Position numbers and translations under genes: made by a program. Shown here piece by piece: positions 1 through 8,873 of a stretch of DNA of 64,000 nt. Each line of letters opens with the position of its first letter. Positions within the stretch are counted from its first letter, which is position 1. The notes beneath the pieces are model-generated. The model did no database searches. It was not told where the DNA came from and saw only the letters and a program-made list of their open reading frames with translations. This DNA comes from an uncultured Gammaproteobacteria bacterium (lineage in GTDB: Bacteria > Patescibacteriota > Patescibacteriia > UBA9934 > GWF2-40-263): the NCBI GenBank assembly GCA_964538435.1, contig CAZIDX010000002.1:41566-105565 (forward strand), written 5' to 3'.

Positions 1-768
1 CGAAAATGAAACAAAATTTGTGAATAAAAACAAATAATCCAACAACACTGCTTTTACCCATCGAAGCACAGCTCCAAACAATCCGTATGAACGAGAAAAA
101 CCTGTATCAAACATCCCAAGCGCAAGTGCCTCACGATAAAAACGCTTTGTCACTCCTCGCAATGTCTCTCTGTGAGAATGAAACACACGGCTCTTTGGTG
201 TATACACGATTTTGTAACCACGCTCGCGAGCTCGAATTGCCCATTCAATATCTTCAGCCCCTGTAAGAACCTCATCAAAATCCATCTTCCGCCACACATC
301 AAGGCGCACAGCATTATGCGCATTGGAAAACAACTCACCTCCTGTGTCACAAGATGCATCCCCATCTGGATACGCCTCCTTCAAACCCTTTCGCTCAATA
401 ATCCCCGCATCATCAAAAGGAATCTGCTGCCCGTATGTTCCAGCCACCCTCTCATCAGTAAAAGGCCTCACAAGCTCCTCAATCCAACGATCATTCTCAG
501 GTAAACAATGCGCGCTAATCCCAACAGCAACATCTCCTCTAGCAGCCTCAAGCCCAACGTTTAGTGAGTACCCAAAGGTAAACGATTCTGGAGGAATCTC
601 AATCACGTGACAACCAAAACTTCTTGCAATCTCAACCGTTCTGTCTGTTGACCCAGAATCCACAAGAACAATATCAACAGGTTGAACCGTTTGCTTCTTT
701 GTCATCTCAAGCAAAGGCTCAAGACTTCCTGCTTCATTCTTTGTTCGAATAACGAGCGAAACATTCAT
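1..768 (-). CDS. GT2-family glycosyltransferase, partial (C-terminus beyond window start); not in ORF track because it is edge-truncated
   Basis: Manual translation of minus strand from ATG (complement of 766-768): MNVSLVIRTKNEAG...VLVDSGSTDRTVEIA...GAEDIEW; DSGSTD and ED motifs typical of GT-A fold GT2 enzymes. Confidence 0.7.
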   Translation of the reverse strand, partial: MNVSLVIRTKNEAGSLEPLLEMTKKQTVQPVDIVLVDSGSTDRTVEIARSFGCHVIEIPPESFTFGYSLNVGLEAARGDVAVGISAHCLPENDRWIEELVRPFTDERVAGTYGQQIPFDDAGIIERKGLKEAYPDGDASCDTGGELFSNAHNAVRLDVWRKMDFDEVLTGAEDIEWAIRARERGYKIVYTPKSRVFHSHRETLRGVTKRFYREALALGMFDTGFSRSYGLFGAVLRWVKAVLLDYLFLFTNFVSFS

Positions 769-770
769 AT

Positions 771-1805
771 TTAATGATGATAGGTTTCCCAAAGACGCGT
801 GCACATCCTAGCCAGCGCGCACGAATCATCTACTGCACATGACTCCTTGAACCACAATTCTGCCAAACGCACCGCCTCTCTATTTTGATTGCGCAACGCA
901 AGCTCAACAACTCTTTCAGTGCGGCGAAGTTGATGACCAGGAACAAGACGCTCCTTGTACACAACTATTTTAATCAAATTCTTACACTTACTCAAAACGG
1001 ATGTGGTTGTCTTTTTAAATGGATCATCATGAACAAGTATCTCATACCGATCGAGAAAGAACGAACGCGCTTGCTGATAAAACTGCACATGATCAACATC
1101 GAGCGGGTCAAGCACTCCGAGCTTGATTCCGTAAGCCTGCGAAACAAGATCCCTAGTTCCAAACAACGCTTTATGCTTGCTCCGCTGTTGCCGATACGAA
1201 GTTGCATACTCCCCTTTCTCAATAAGCTCACCAATAGCCGAAGCAATAACCGCCTTACTTATCTGAAGCACAAAACGACGTCTGTCATATTCCTCAAGCT
1301 TCTCTTCCTTGAAAAAAGCTTCCGGTGTGAGCTCAAAAAAACAAATAAGTCGATTGCGAAGCTGAATTCGAGCCTCCTCCAAATCAATTAACGTTGCGTC
1401 AACGCAGGGTGCTTCACCAAGAACATCTTCCCCCCAAACAACTTGACTTGACTTCAGGTCACAAACAAACACACTTGGATCCATTTTCCCAAACGCACTA
1501 CGCGTAATCGCACCCAAATCCACAAACCGAATCCCAACCTTCTCTGCAAGCTCTTTTGAAAGCTCATCCAGCACAGCTCGTGAGACACGTGACGTTGTAA
1601 TGAGCAAAAGATCATAATCATTATGCGGTCGCAGCACACCATCTTTATTAATCACACTTCCTTCACCTCTACCAAACCCACCACACAAAAGAACAGACAC
1701 AAGATTTTTCCCAAATGCACCACAAAGTCGCTGCACAATAACACCAAGATCTGACTCAATCTTCTCATCAACCCCCTCAAAATCTAGCACTGTATATTTT
1801 GACAT
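771..1805 (-). CDS. nucleotidyltransferase-fold (Pol-beta superfamily-like) protein of unknown function
   Basis: Motif GS-VINKDGVLRPHN-DYD-LLL fits hG[GS]x9-13Dh[DE]h; embedded in polysaccharide gene cluster. Confidence 0.4.
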   Translation of the reverse strand: MSKYTVLDFEGVDEKIESDLGVIVQRLCGAFGKNLVSVLLCGGFGRGEGSVINKDGVLRPHNDYDLLLITTSRVSRAVLDELSKELAEKVGIRFVDLGAITRSAFGKMDPSVFVCDLKSSQVVWGEDVLGEAPCVDATLIDLEEARIQLRNRLICFFELTPEAFFKEEKLEEYDRRRFVLQISKAVIASAIGELIEKGEYATSYRQQRSKHKALFGTRDLVSQAYGIKLGVLDPLDVDHVQFYQQARSFFLDRYEILVHDDPFKKTTTSVLSKCKNLIKIVVYKERLVPGHQLRRTERVVELALRNQNREAVRLAELWFKESCAVDDSCALARMCTRLWETYHH

Positions 1806-1806
1806 A

Positions 1807-3120
1807 CTAGCGTCCTGACAAATTCAGCACATGCAAAACCGTCTTGATCAAAATCTCCAGATCAAACATGAGTGACCTGTGCTTTAGATAGTATAAGTCG
1901 TATTGCAATTTTCTACGAGAATCCTCAACGTCAGATGCATACACATGAAGCTGTGCCCAACCCGCCAGACCTGGAAGGATCTCTGTTCGATGATTATAAA
2001 ACGGAATATGATCAGCAAGCTTCTCGCACAAATGAGACTGCTCTGGTCTTGGTCCAACCAAACTCATATCCCCCCTAAGAAGGTTGATACATTGCGGCAC
2101 CTCATCTAATCGCGACTTACGTAAAAACGATCCAATACGGGTAATCCGCGGATCATTTTTCTCTGTCCACGTATCCGTTCTCGTCCCCGTACGCATTGAT
2201 CGATACTTGATCAGCTTAAACGATTTCCCCTGCAAAGAGTAACGATCCTGTTTGAAAAACACAGACCCTTTACCTGACAATTTGATAAGCACGGCAATAA
2301 ACGGAAGCGTTGTCACAAAAAACACACCAATGATAAGCCCAGAACAAATATCACCTAAACGCTTCGCTGTGTCATACAACCCCTTTCGAGACCGAACCAA
2401 AAACCACCAGTCACTCAAGTCATCTAGAGACACTCGACGATAGTAATCCTCATAAAATGCTGGATACGAAACAATCGTTGCGCCTTTTGAGTGAACTTCC
2501 TGCAATCTAGCAAGCGTGCTCCGGCTAAGCTCCTTAACATCTCCGACTACAAACCATGACCGCTCACATCTTGCTTGTCCAAATCGATGATCTTCATGAT
2601 CAAATGAGATTGACTGCCTCAAATGTAAGCTGTGATTCCTCTTAATTTCATTATCAGCCTTTAACTCACTCCACTGCTTCCTAAGGCCAACAAAGTACAC
2701 ATCCGTCACTGCATGCCGATGGAGGAAGTACCTAAGAGAAAAGAGCCAACCAAAAAGCAATGCACTTGCAATGAGGAACTGAGCAAGTAAAAATCGACGA
2801 GGGGTAAGGATGAGATCTGGCTGAAGATAAAAAACCAAAACAGCAAACACAAGATTAAACGCCGAAGCATTCAAGAACCCTCCAACATAATCTCTAATAT
2901 GTTTATGTCTCCACGGATCAAACGCACCGAACGCAAACAACGCAACCACCCAAACAGCAAAGATAACGGAAAACAATGTGATGTGCGCAGAAGTTTGAGC
3001 AACTGACAATCCCTCTGGATACCAAACCCCAAGCGTCCAATGTAAACTCAGGCACAAAAAACCGACTGACGGGAGAATCAGTAGAAAAAACTGGATTGCG
3101 TGTTTAGATCTTTGCTTCAT
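1807..3120 (-). CDS. polyprenyl-phosphate hexose-1-phosphate transferase (WbaP/WcaJ/EpsE-type bacterial sugar transferase)
   Basis: C-terminal block KQDRYSLQGKSFKLIKYRSM...DEVPQCINLLRGDMSLVGPRPE...LAGWAQL is the canonical bacterial sugar transferase domain; N-terminal TM helices. Confidence 0.85.
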   Translation of the reverse strand: MKQRSKHAIQFFLLILPSVGFLCLSLHWTLGVWYPEGLSVAQTSAHITLFSVIFAVWVVALFAFGAFDPWRHKHIRDYVGGFLNASAFNLVFAVLVFYLQPDLILTPRRFLLAQFLIASALLFGWLFSLRYFLHRHAVTDVYFVGLRKQWSELKADNEIKRNHSLHLRQSISFDHEDHRFGQARCERSWFVVGDVKELSRSTLARLQEVHSKGATIVSYPAFYEDYYRRVSLDDLSDWWFLVRSRKGLYDTAKRLGDICSGLIIGVFFVTTLPFIAVLIKLSGKGSVFFKQDRYSLQGKSFKLIKYRSMRTGTRTDTWTEKNDPRITRIGSFLRKSRLDEVPQCINLLRGDMSLVGPRPEQSHLCEKLADHIPFYNHRTEILPGLAGWAQLHVYASDVEDSRRKLQYDLYYLKHRSLMFDLEILIKTVLHVLNLSGR

Positions 3121-3127
3121 AGGTTCA

Positions 3128-5317
3128 TTAATCCTGCAAAAACTGTTCTACGAGCGGATGTTCATTTGGTGATATCTCAAGCAAGTACTCGCCTGTTTCA
3201 ATCGCCATCTCAACATTACCTAAGGCAAGATAAGTCCCCACCAGAATCTCGTAGAACTGATATTCCTCAGGATGTATTTCAATCAAACGATTCAAAAATA
3301 CAAGCAACTCTTCAGATTGCCCGTTCTCTGAAAACCTCATGATAAGCCACAACGCAATCGTGTGATCTGCATCGTAAAACTCGTGATCGAGCGCGCGATA
3401 TAAAACCTCAGCCGCCTCATCAAAACGCTCTTGATCCAAATACAGCTGCCCCAAAATCCCTAGCGCCTCAGCATCAGTCGGAGCTTTCTCTGCAGCTTCT
3501 TCTGCAACCGCAATGGCTTGATTGGTATCACCACTTAACTGATACATATGCGCAAGCGAGACCATCCATTCAACCCGATCAGGAGCAAGTTGCTCTGCTT
3601 GATCAAACACCTCAAGAGAACGCTCAGTAAACACCTCAAACTCAGGATCAGTTTCTACAGCAGAGGCTGCTCTGAGCGCCAAAAACGCAGCGTATTTGTC
3701 CCAATGCCTAGCACGCAAAGGTCGCTGCGACACCAAATGCTCAAATGATTCTTCTGCTGCATCAAACAAGCCAACAAGATGCTCATACTGCGCATCTGAT
3801 TGCATGGCGTACACAAGCACATCAAACTGTGTCTCAGGAATAAGCCGAGGCCCAAGAAGCAGCGTTTGCTTATCATTCAAAGCCACTGCATCAATCACAG
3901 CTTGTTGAGGACTCTCATTAAGCATTGCCTTGCTGCTGAGCGTTGCATGCACAGCCCCATAATACGGGAGCACAACAAACACAACCGAGAAAAACATCAC
4001 AACCACAGCCGCCGAACTGATCGGCACAACCATCTTCTGTTCTTCAAAGTCTTTCTCTGATTCTGAAACATGAAAAGCAGCAAGCGAGACAAGTAATGCA
4101 AATGGGATCAAAGAACCAACGGTTTCAAACATGAAGAAAACATTTCCAAGATAAGCCACAAGCGCAGCCAAGAACCATTCACTGCGCTCTTTTCTCCAAA
4201 ACGCACGAACAAGAAAGAACAAAAATGCAGCATAAGCAAGCAAAGCAACAATTCCGCCTGCTGTCAGTAAATCCAAGAAATGATTATGAGGTTTGTCCGG
4301 CCACGTGTCTGAGAGCTCGTACAACTCTGCTGAGTATCGCTCATCCGCAATCTTGAAATAATTATCAAAACCTAATCCAGGCAAAAGATTATCCTTTGAC
4401 TCCTCCAAGGCAAACGCCCAATAACTCAACCTTTGTGATGAAGTCTCTGAATAAAAATGCGTAAGCCGATACGGAAGACTTCGCTCAGGAGCAAATGTCC
4501 AAGCCAGAGCAAATGCCATTGAACAAAGCACAGCAAGCACAACAAACCCACTGAGAAGCTTCCGTCGCTTCTTCTGATCTCCTGCCTTAAACGCATACAC
4601 AAACCCACCAACAACTGCACCTGCAACAAGCCCAATGAGCGCCGCCCGCGTCCCTGACGCCAAGATAGCAAGCAAGATCACACCAGCAGATCCAAAATAC
4701 AAATGCTTCTTTCTCTCACAAACACCCAAATAAATCGCCATGAAAAACGGAATGATCAGAAAGCTCGCAAAGTACGCTGGGTTCCCAAACACACTTGATA
4801 CGCGTGGAAGATACGGCTCAGCCATAGTCGGCAGCCACCCCACATATTCAAACAATGCGTACACAGAAGCCAAAGCCGCCCCACCAACAAGCACGATCAT
4901 TGAGTGCCGCCCGAACTCCTTCCCCCATCGAAGGTGTGCAAATCGTAAAAGCACTACAAACACCAAAATGTGCGCAAGGAAAAACAAACCTCCCACACGA
5001 TCCATATTCCCCAAAAAACTATTCCAAGGATCAATCCCAAATGCAGAAGCAACAACGAGAGCAAGGAAAAAACCAACAAAACTGAGAACTACCGGATCAC
5101 GCCAAAAGCCTTTTTGACGATTCTTTAAATACAGATACAAAAAAACGGGAACTAAAAGTTCCACCAAAATCATGAACGAAATCTTCTTTGCATTTTGAAA
5201 CGGAGCATAAATATGTGGAAAAACCACAAGCGGTGTCAAAAGCACCATCAAAATCCCCCAATAATAGATCGTTTTCAAGCTTTTTTCCATATGTTTTTGT
5301 GGTCTGTAGTATAGCAA
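3128..5317 (-). CDS. O-antigen ligase-like polytopic membrane protein with C-terminal TPR repeats
   Basis: About 430 aa of multi-TM sequence followed by TPR-like helical repeats (e.g. AEEAAEKAPTDAEALGILGQLYLDQERFDEAAEVLYRAL). Confidence 0.55.
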   Translation of the reverse strand: MLYYRPQKHMEKSLKTIYYWGILMVLLTPLVVFPHIYAPFQNAKKISFMILVELLVPVFLYLYLKNRQKGFWRDPVVLSFVGFFLALVVASAFGIDPWNSFLGNMDRVGGLFFLAHILVFVVLLRFAHLRWGKEFGRHSMIVLVGGAALASVYALFEYVGWLPTMAEPYLPRVSSVFGNPAYFASFLIIPFFMAIYLGVCERKKHLYFGSAGVILLAILASGTRAALIGLVAGAVVGGFVYAFKAGDQKKRRKLLSGFVVLAVLCSMAFALAWTFAPERSLPYRLTHFYSETSSQRLSYWAFALEESKDNLLPGLGFDNYFKIADERYSAELYELSDTWPDKPHNHFLDLLTAGGIVALLAYAAFLFFLVRAFWRKERSEWFLAALVAYLGNVFFMFETVGSLIPFALLVSLAAFHVSESEKDFEEQKMVVPISSAAVVVMFFSVVFVVLPYYGAVHATLSSKAMLNESPQQAVIDAVALNDKQTLLLGPRLIPETQFDVLVYAMQSDAQYEHLVGLFDAAEESFEHLVSQRPLRARHWDKYAAFLALRAASAVETDPEFEVFTERSLEVFDQAEQLAPDRVEWMVSLAHMYQLSGDTNQAIAVAEEAAEKAPTDAEALGILGQLYLDQERFDEAAEVLYRALDHEFYDADHTIALWLIMRFSENGQSEELLVFLNRLIEIHPEEYQFYEILVGTYLALGNVEMAIETGEYLLEISPNEHPLVEQFLQD

Positions 5318-5372
5318 ATACTCAATAAATAGCTATGTTTTCTCAATTCAATCAAACGAAAACTTTGAAATA

Positions 5373-5398
5373 GAAAAACCCTGACATTGCTGCCAGGG
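5373..5398 (-). terminator. intrinsic terminator of histidine-phosphatase gene (CCCUGGCAGCAAUGUCAGGG-UUUUUC on minus strand); part of duplicated 33-bp repeat
   Basis: Hairpin ccctg/caggg with T-run, 8 nt after stop codon; near-identical copy at 6319-6344. Confidence 0.6.
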
Positions 5399-5406
5399 CC
5401 GTGTGA

Positions 5407-6129
5407 CTACGGCATGGACGCACCATCAGGGAGACGACCTTCCCAGGGTGTGATGTAGTCGATCGCAGGATTGTGAACCAGCCTGGAGCAGCCAGTCTCC
5501 GAATCCGTCTGGTTGTGATAGCGCAGGATCGAGACATTGGCCACGACCTGATGGTCACGGTACATCTGCTCGACCTGCTCGATGGTCCAGCCCTCGAGCA
5601 CCTTCTGCAGAAGCAGGAGCCAGTGCGCATGACCGACCACAGCGATCTTCTTGCCAGCGTACTTCAGACGCAGCATGAGCAGGAACTCGTGCACACGACG
5701 CTCCATATCCGCCCAGCTCTCACCCGCGATCGGGCGATGATGGTACGGACCACTCGCTGCCAGACGACCTGCCTCGAACGGGAACTGGATCGCCATCTGC
5801 TGACGCGTCAGCACATGCTCGATTCCACGATCTCGCTCAGCCAGACGAGGATCCTGACGAATCTCTCTGTCCGGGAAGCAGATGTCTGCAGTCTCGCAGG
5901 TTCGCTTGTAGTACGAAGCAAAGATGCGATAGAGAGCATCCCCACTGTAATGCCCAGCAAGCCAGTCCCGCGTGAACCCAGCCTGAGCTTGTCCAAGCTC
6001 GGTCAGAGCATAGCGATTGCTCGCCAGCGGGTTGCGAGCACGCTCTTCACGCGTCATCACATTCCCTTGGCTCTGTGCATGCCGGATGAACAGCACCTCG
6101 TCAGGAAAAGCCAGTTCTCTCAGTGACAT
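5407..6129 (-). CDS. histidine phosphatase superfamily (phosphoglycerate mutase-like) protein; visibly GC-rich
   Basis: LFIRHAQSQGN matches RHG-x-x-x-N catalytic motif; SD GGAGAGG 6 nt upstream of ATG; G+C clearly above flanks. Confidence 0.6.
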   Translation of the reverse strand: MSLRELAFPDEVLFIRHAQSQGNVMTREERARNPLASNRYALTELGQAQAGFTRDWLAGHYSGDALYRIFASYYKRTCETADICFPDREIRQDPRLAERDRGIEHVLTRQQMAIQFPFEAGRLAASGPYHHRPIAGESWADMERRVHEFLLMLRLKYAGKKIAVVGHAHWLLLLQKVLEGWTIEQVEQMYRDHQVVANVSILRYHNQTDSETGCSRLVHNPAIDYITPWEGRLPDGASMP

Positions 6130-6216
6130 GAATTACCTCTCCCCGCGCGCTAAAGAGGGTTCTCTTTCTTTAGTACGGGAGAAAAGAAAACTACATGAAA
6201 CAAGCTTTTCCGTCAA

Positions 6217-6266
6217 TTGAGAGATACCATATAAGTACCGATCGGCACTTATATGGTATCTCTCAA
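6217..6266. promoter_or_regulatory. 50-bp near-perfect palindrome (20-bp perfect arms ttgagagataccatataagt / acttatatggtatctctcaa around ccgatcgg core) upstream of the histidine phosphatase gene
   Basis: Read directly; right arm abuts a minus-strand TTGACG -35-like hexamer; candidate operator. Confidence 0.4.
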
Positions 6267-6318
6267 AATACTCAATAAACGAAAAATACCTAAACTAGGA
6301 ATTATTGACAGATGAATA

Positions 6319-6344
6319 GAAAAACCCCGACATTGCTGCCAGGG
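6319..6344 (-). terminator. intrinsic terminator of 149-aa GC-rich gene; second copy of 33-bp repeat agaaaaacccYgacattgctgccagggccgtg
   Basis: Near-identical to 5371-5403 (1 mismatch); hairpin + U-run on minus strand. Confidence 0.6.
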
Positions 6345-6354
6345 CCGTGCAGCG

Positions 6355-6804
6355 CTAGGCTGCGGCAAGCTCCCAGAGATAGACCGTACGCTTGCATGTC
6401 TGAGAACGATCGAGCTCCTCGATCCCACTGACCTTCACCAGAAACGAAGGCGGGATGTCCTCGAGCGCTCCGTCCGAAAGCCGAGGGCCATGCGTGCAGT
6501 CCAGCGCCCGTAGGTTGAGCTCACGCCCACCCTGAGCAAACCAGCTCCGAAGCTTGTGAACCGCCACTTCCTCGGACACGCTCCCATTCGAAGGAACCGC
6601 CACCTTGAAGTACGAGGTATTCCCCCAGTTCATGGGAAACTGAGACTTGTCCCGGTTGAAGTCCGGATCCGAACTCGTGACCTCCACTGCAAACACATGC
6701 AGCATGAAGTTGCTCGGATGCCACTTGGGCAACTCAACCTTATTCCGACCAGAAAACCGCTCGTACAGGAATCCTCTTACAGCATCCAGAAAGGAGATCG
6801 TCAT
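6355..6804 (-). CDS. hypothetical protein (149 aa), GC-rich
   Basis: ORF with elevated G+C, own terminator copy; no recognisable motifs. Confidence 0.45.
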   Translation of the reverse strand: MTISFLDAVRGFLYERFSGRNKVELPKWHPSNFMLHVFAVEVTSSDPDFNRDKSQFPMNWGNTSYFKVAVPSNGSVSEEVAVHKLRSWFAQGGRELNLRALDCTHGPRLSDGALEDIPPSFLVKVSGIEELDRSQTCKRTVYLWELAAA

Positions 6805-7175
6805 CTCTTTACCCCCTTGGAGTTATTGCTCTTGCGGAGCCCCTAAGCTACTACACCCACATCACCATGTCAACCATAGGCTATTTTCAACACCAAAACG
6901 AAGACCGCACCAATTGCGTTAGGTGCGGTCCGTCCAGCCGACCAAGTCAAACTTGGCAAGAGCTGGTTCGCTGCCTTTCTCAGGTGTTGTTGAAGCGGGC
7001 TCGAAACCAAAGGTATCGAATCACCCCAACGAACAAGAGTGTCGAGCTGAGAAAAAGTGCCAACGAGATCACCCACATCTCTATAGAGCGGAAAATCCCA
7101 CCCTAACGAACGACCTGAGTTAGCACAAAAATAGGGCTTTGTCAATGGTTTAATGGAAAAAACACCACAAACCCG

Positions 7176-7203
7176 TTGATTTATCCCAACGATATGCTAC
7201 AAT
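7176..7203 (+). promoter_or_regulatory. sigma70-like promoter TTGATT-N16-TACAAT upstream of tRNA-Gln
   Basis: Hexamers read directly; about 100-nt leader with two short hairpins before the tRNA. Confidence 0.4.
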
Positions 7204-7313
7204 CTCCGCGGATGACTTAAGAATAGGAATGCGCTCCCGGATGCTTTGCATCCGTATCGCTCCGCTCGGGCCTAGAAAATACGCAAGCGTCTTTTCTAGA
7301 CCGCTCGCTACGC

Positions 7314-7387
7314 TCCCGGATCGTCTAATGGCAGGACGCCTGGTTTTGGTCCAGGTAATCGGGGTTCGAATCCCTGTCCGGGAACCA
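7314..7387 (+). tRNA. tRNA-Gln (anticodon TTG), CCA encoded
   Basis: Cloverleaf folded by hand: acceptor TCCCGGA/TCCGGGA (U1-A72), anticodon stem CCTGG/CCAGG, loop TTTTGGT, T-loop TTCGAAT, discriminator A + CCA. Confidence 0.85.
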
Positions 7388-7390
7388 CAT

Positions 7391-7425
7391 AAAACCGACA
7401 GCTTTTGCTGACGGTTTTATGTTTC
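7391..7425 (+). terminator. intrinsic terminator after tRNA-Gln
   Basis: aaaaccgacagc-tttt-gctgacggtttt hairpin followed by T-run. Confidence 0.6.
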
Positions 7426-7714
7426 TGGACAGCGTCAGTCAGAAAACTTCGCTGGTTCATCAGGAATGTGAGCGAGAGAACTCACTCTGACAATTCCGAG
7501 CGAATGAGTCGTTTCGTCCGGCTCTGCTGGACCATCTCTGTTCGCCAAAAACCACCCACATGGTCTCACTCCAGCGTGCAGCTCCATGTTTACACACAAA
7601 CCACCAACTCTAAACGTAAGTTTTTTGACAAACCTAATCGAACACATGACAATAAACCTGCCCCCCTCCGTTCAATCGGTGGGTTTTATATACTCAAAAT
7701 AATAAACTCAACGA

Positions 7715-7744
7715 CACAAATTCTCGTACGTACGAGAATTTGTG
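7715..7744. repeat. 30-bp perfect palindrome cacaaattctcgtacgtacgagaatttgtg
   Basis: Verified by reverse-complementing; second imperfect copy of core TCTCGTACGTACGA at 7807-7831. Confidence 0.8.
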
Positions 7745-7806
7745 CAGCACTTAACAAAAAAGTTCTTTTCCTTGCTTTTCGTAAATATAGATACTTTTAC
7801 ACAACA

Positions 7807-7831
7807 CATTTTCTCGTACGTACGAAAAATG
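7807..7831. repeat. second copy of TCGTACGTACGA-core palindrome (imperfect arms)
   Basis: cattttctcgtacgtacgaaaaatg; shares 12-bp palindromic core with 7715-7744. Confidence 0.7.
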
Positions 7832-7871
7832 CAGAATCATAAAAACCCACACTTAGCCAACACAAACAAAA

Positions 7872-7900
7872 AACAACCGTCTTCCACGGTTGTTTTGTTA
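7872..7900. terminator. bidirectional terminator hairpin aacaaccg-tcttcca-cggttgtt + T-run (ends ftsX transcript; could also end a small plus-strand transcript)
   Basis: Perfect 8-bp stem flanked by A-run/T-run. Confidence 0.55.
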
Positions 7901-7904
7901 TCAT

Positions 7905-8873
7905 CTACACCTTCAAATACCTCCTCATTGCCAAACTCGTCGACACAAGCGTTACCACCACCAGCACAAGCAACTCCAACCCATAAATCATAACCCCATT
8001 TGTTGCAAAGTATTCCACAAGCCCAACCGTCTCTGTTCCAAAGTAAACATTAAACCGGGGCTCAATCATGGCAAGCACTGGATACATAAGCGCCACTGTT
8101 CCTCCCACTGCAAGCATGCTAAGTAGAACCATCTCAAGGAAGAACGGCGCCTTGATGAACCAATTTGAGGCTCCCACAAGCCGCATAATCCCAATCTCTT
8201 CCCGATGAATATAAATCCCTATGCGCACCGTATTAAACACAATCAAGATCGCAATAAGCATGAACACAACCGACAGCGCCACACCAAAGGCCCGAATCTT
8301 ATCAGTGGTGTCTTGAATGCGCGTAACAATCTCCTCATAATTTGAAAAATCTTTCTCTCGAATCTCATCAGCAAACGCTGGATTTTCAAGTGAGTCCAAG
8401 ATGAGCTCAAAATCCTCAGCCGAGTTCGCCTTCACAATCAACGTCGGCCCAAACGGATTATCTTCAATCTCCTCAAGCGAGGCCAAAATCTCCTCATCAA
8501 GAGCATGGCGTTCTACAAACTGTTCGTACGCCTCCTCTGCTGAAATCGTCTCAACATCCCTCACCTGCGCTAGGCTGCGCATGTACTCAACCGCACCATT
8601 AATCGTTTCCTCACCTGCAGTCTCATGAAAATACACCGAAACCTCAATCCGATCTTCAACAAATCCAATCGCCTTCTCTGTCACCACATTCATCACAAGC
8701 AAAATGTTGATCGTGATAAGAGTAAGCAAAAGCATGCTCACTGTGATAATGGAAAGCCAAAAATTTCTCCAAAAATTCTGAAAGGCAAATTTTGAAACGC
8801 GAAATGAACTTACAAACATATTAAATCTTATATCTTCCCTCTTCGACGTCAGAGACAACCTGACCGTCATCAA
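7905..8873 (-). CDS. ftsX: cell division permease FtsX-like
   Basis: 4-TM topology with large extracytoplasmic loop, conserved MRLVGAS..FI motif, directly downstream of ftsE. Confidence 0.75.
   Translation of the reverse strand: MMTVRLSLTSKREDIRFNMFVSSFRVSKFAFQNFWRNFWLSIITVSMLLLTLITINILLVMNVVTEKAIGFVEDRIEVSVYFHETAGEETINGAVEYMRSLAQVRDVETISAEEAYEQFVERHALDEEILASLEEIEDNPFGPTLIVKANSAEDFELILDSLENPAFADEIREKDFSNYEEIVTRIQDTTDKIRAFGVALSVVFMLIAILIVFNTVRIGIYIHREEIGIMRLVGASNWFIKAPFFLEMVLLSMLAVGGTVALMYPVLAMIEPRFNVYFGTETVGLVEYFATNGVMIYGLELLVLVVVTLVSTSLAMRRYLKV

Noticed and set aside
6870-7145. 91-aa minus-strand ORF (and overlapping 79- and 66-aa plus-strand ORFs) upstream of the 149-aa GC-rich gene
   Set aside because: Three mutually overlapping ORFs of similar length lie in moderately GC-rich DNA, with no SD and no motif. 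I cannot decide which, if any, is real. It could be a small cargo gene of the islet, so I am leaving it uncalled.
7229-7324. 11-nt duplication of the tRNA-Gln 5-prime end (cgctcccggat) as an integration-site direct repeat
   Set aside because: The copies are only 77 bp apart, lie on the 5-prime side of the tRNA, and no integrase is nearby. This is more likely chance or a leader hairpin. It is mentioned only as context for the adjacent islet.
7405-7842. 145-aa plus-strand ORF in the tRNA-Gln/ftsX intergenic region
   Set aside because: Its sequence is low-complexity (T/K/N/R-rich). It spans both palindromes and a terminator and has no SD. The region is treated as non-coding.
7388-7905. RNase P RNA, SRP RNA, tmRNA or 6S RNA in the long intergenic region
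   Set aside because: Hand comparison to conserved cores found no match for RNase P P4 (AGGAAAGUCCGGGCUCC), SRP domain IV (GGAAGCAGCC) or the tmRNA tRNA-like end. The only hint is a weak GUCCGGCUC.
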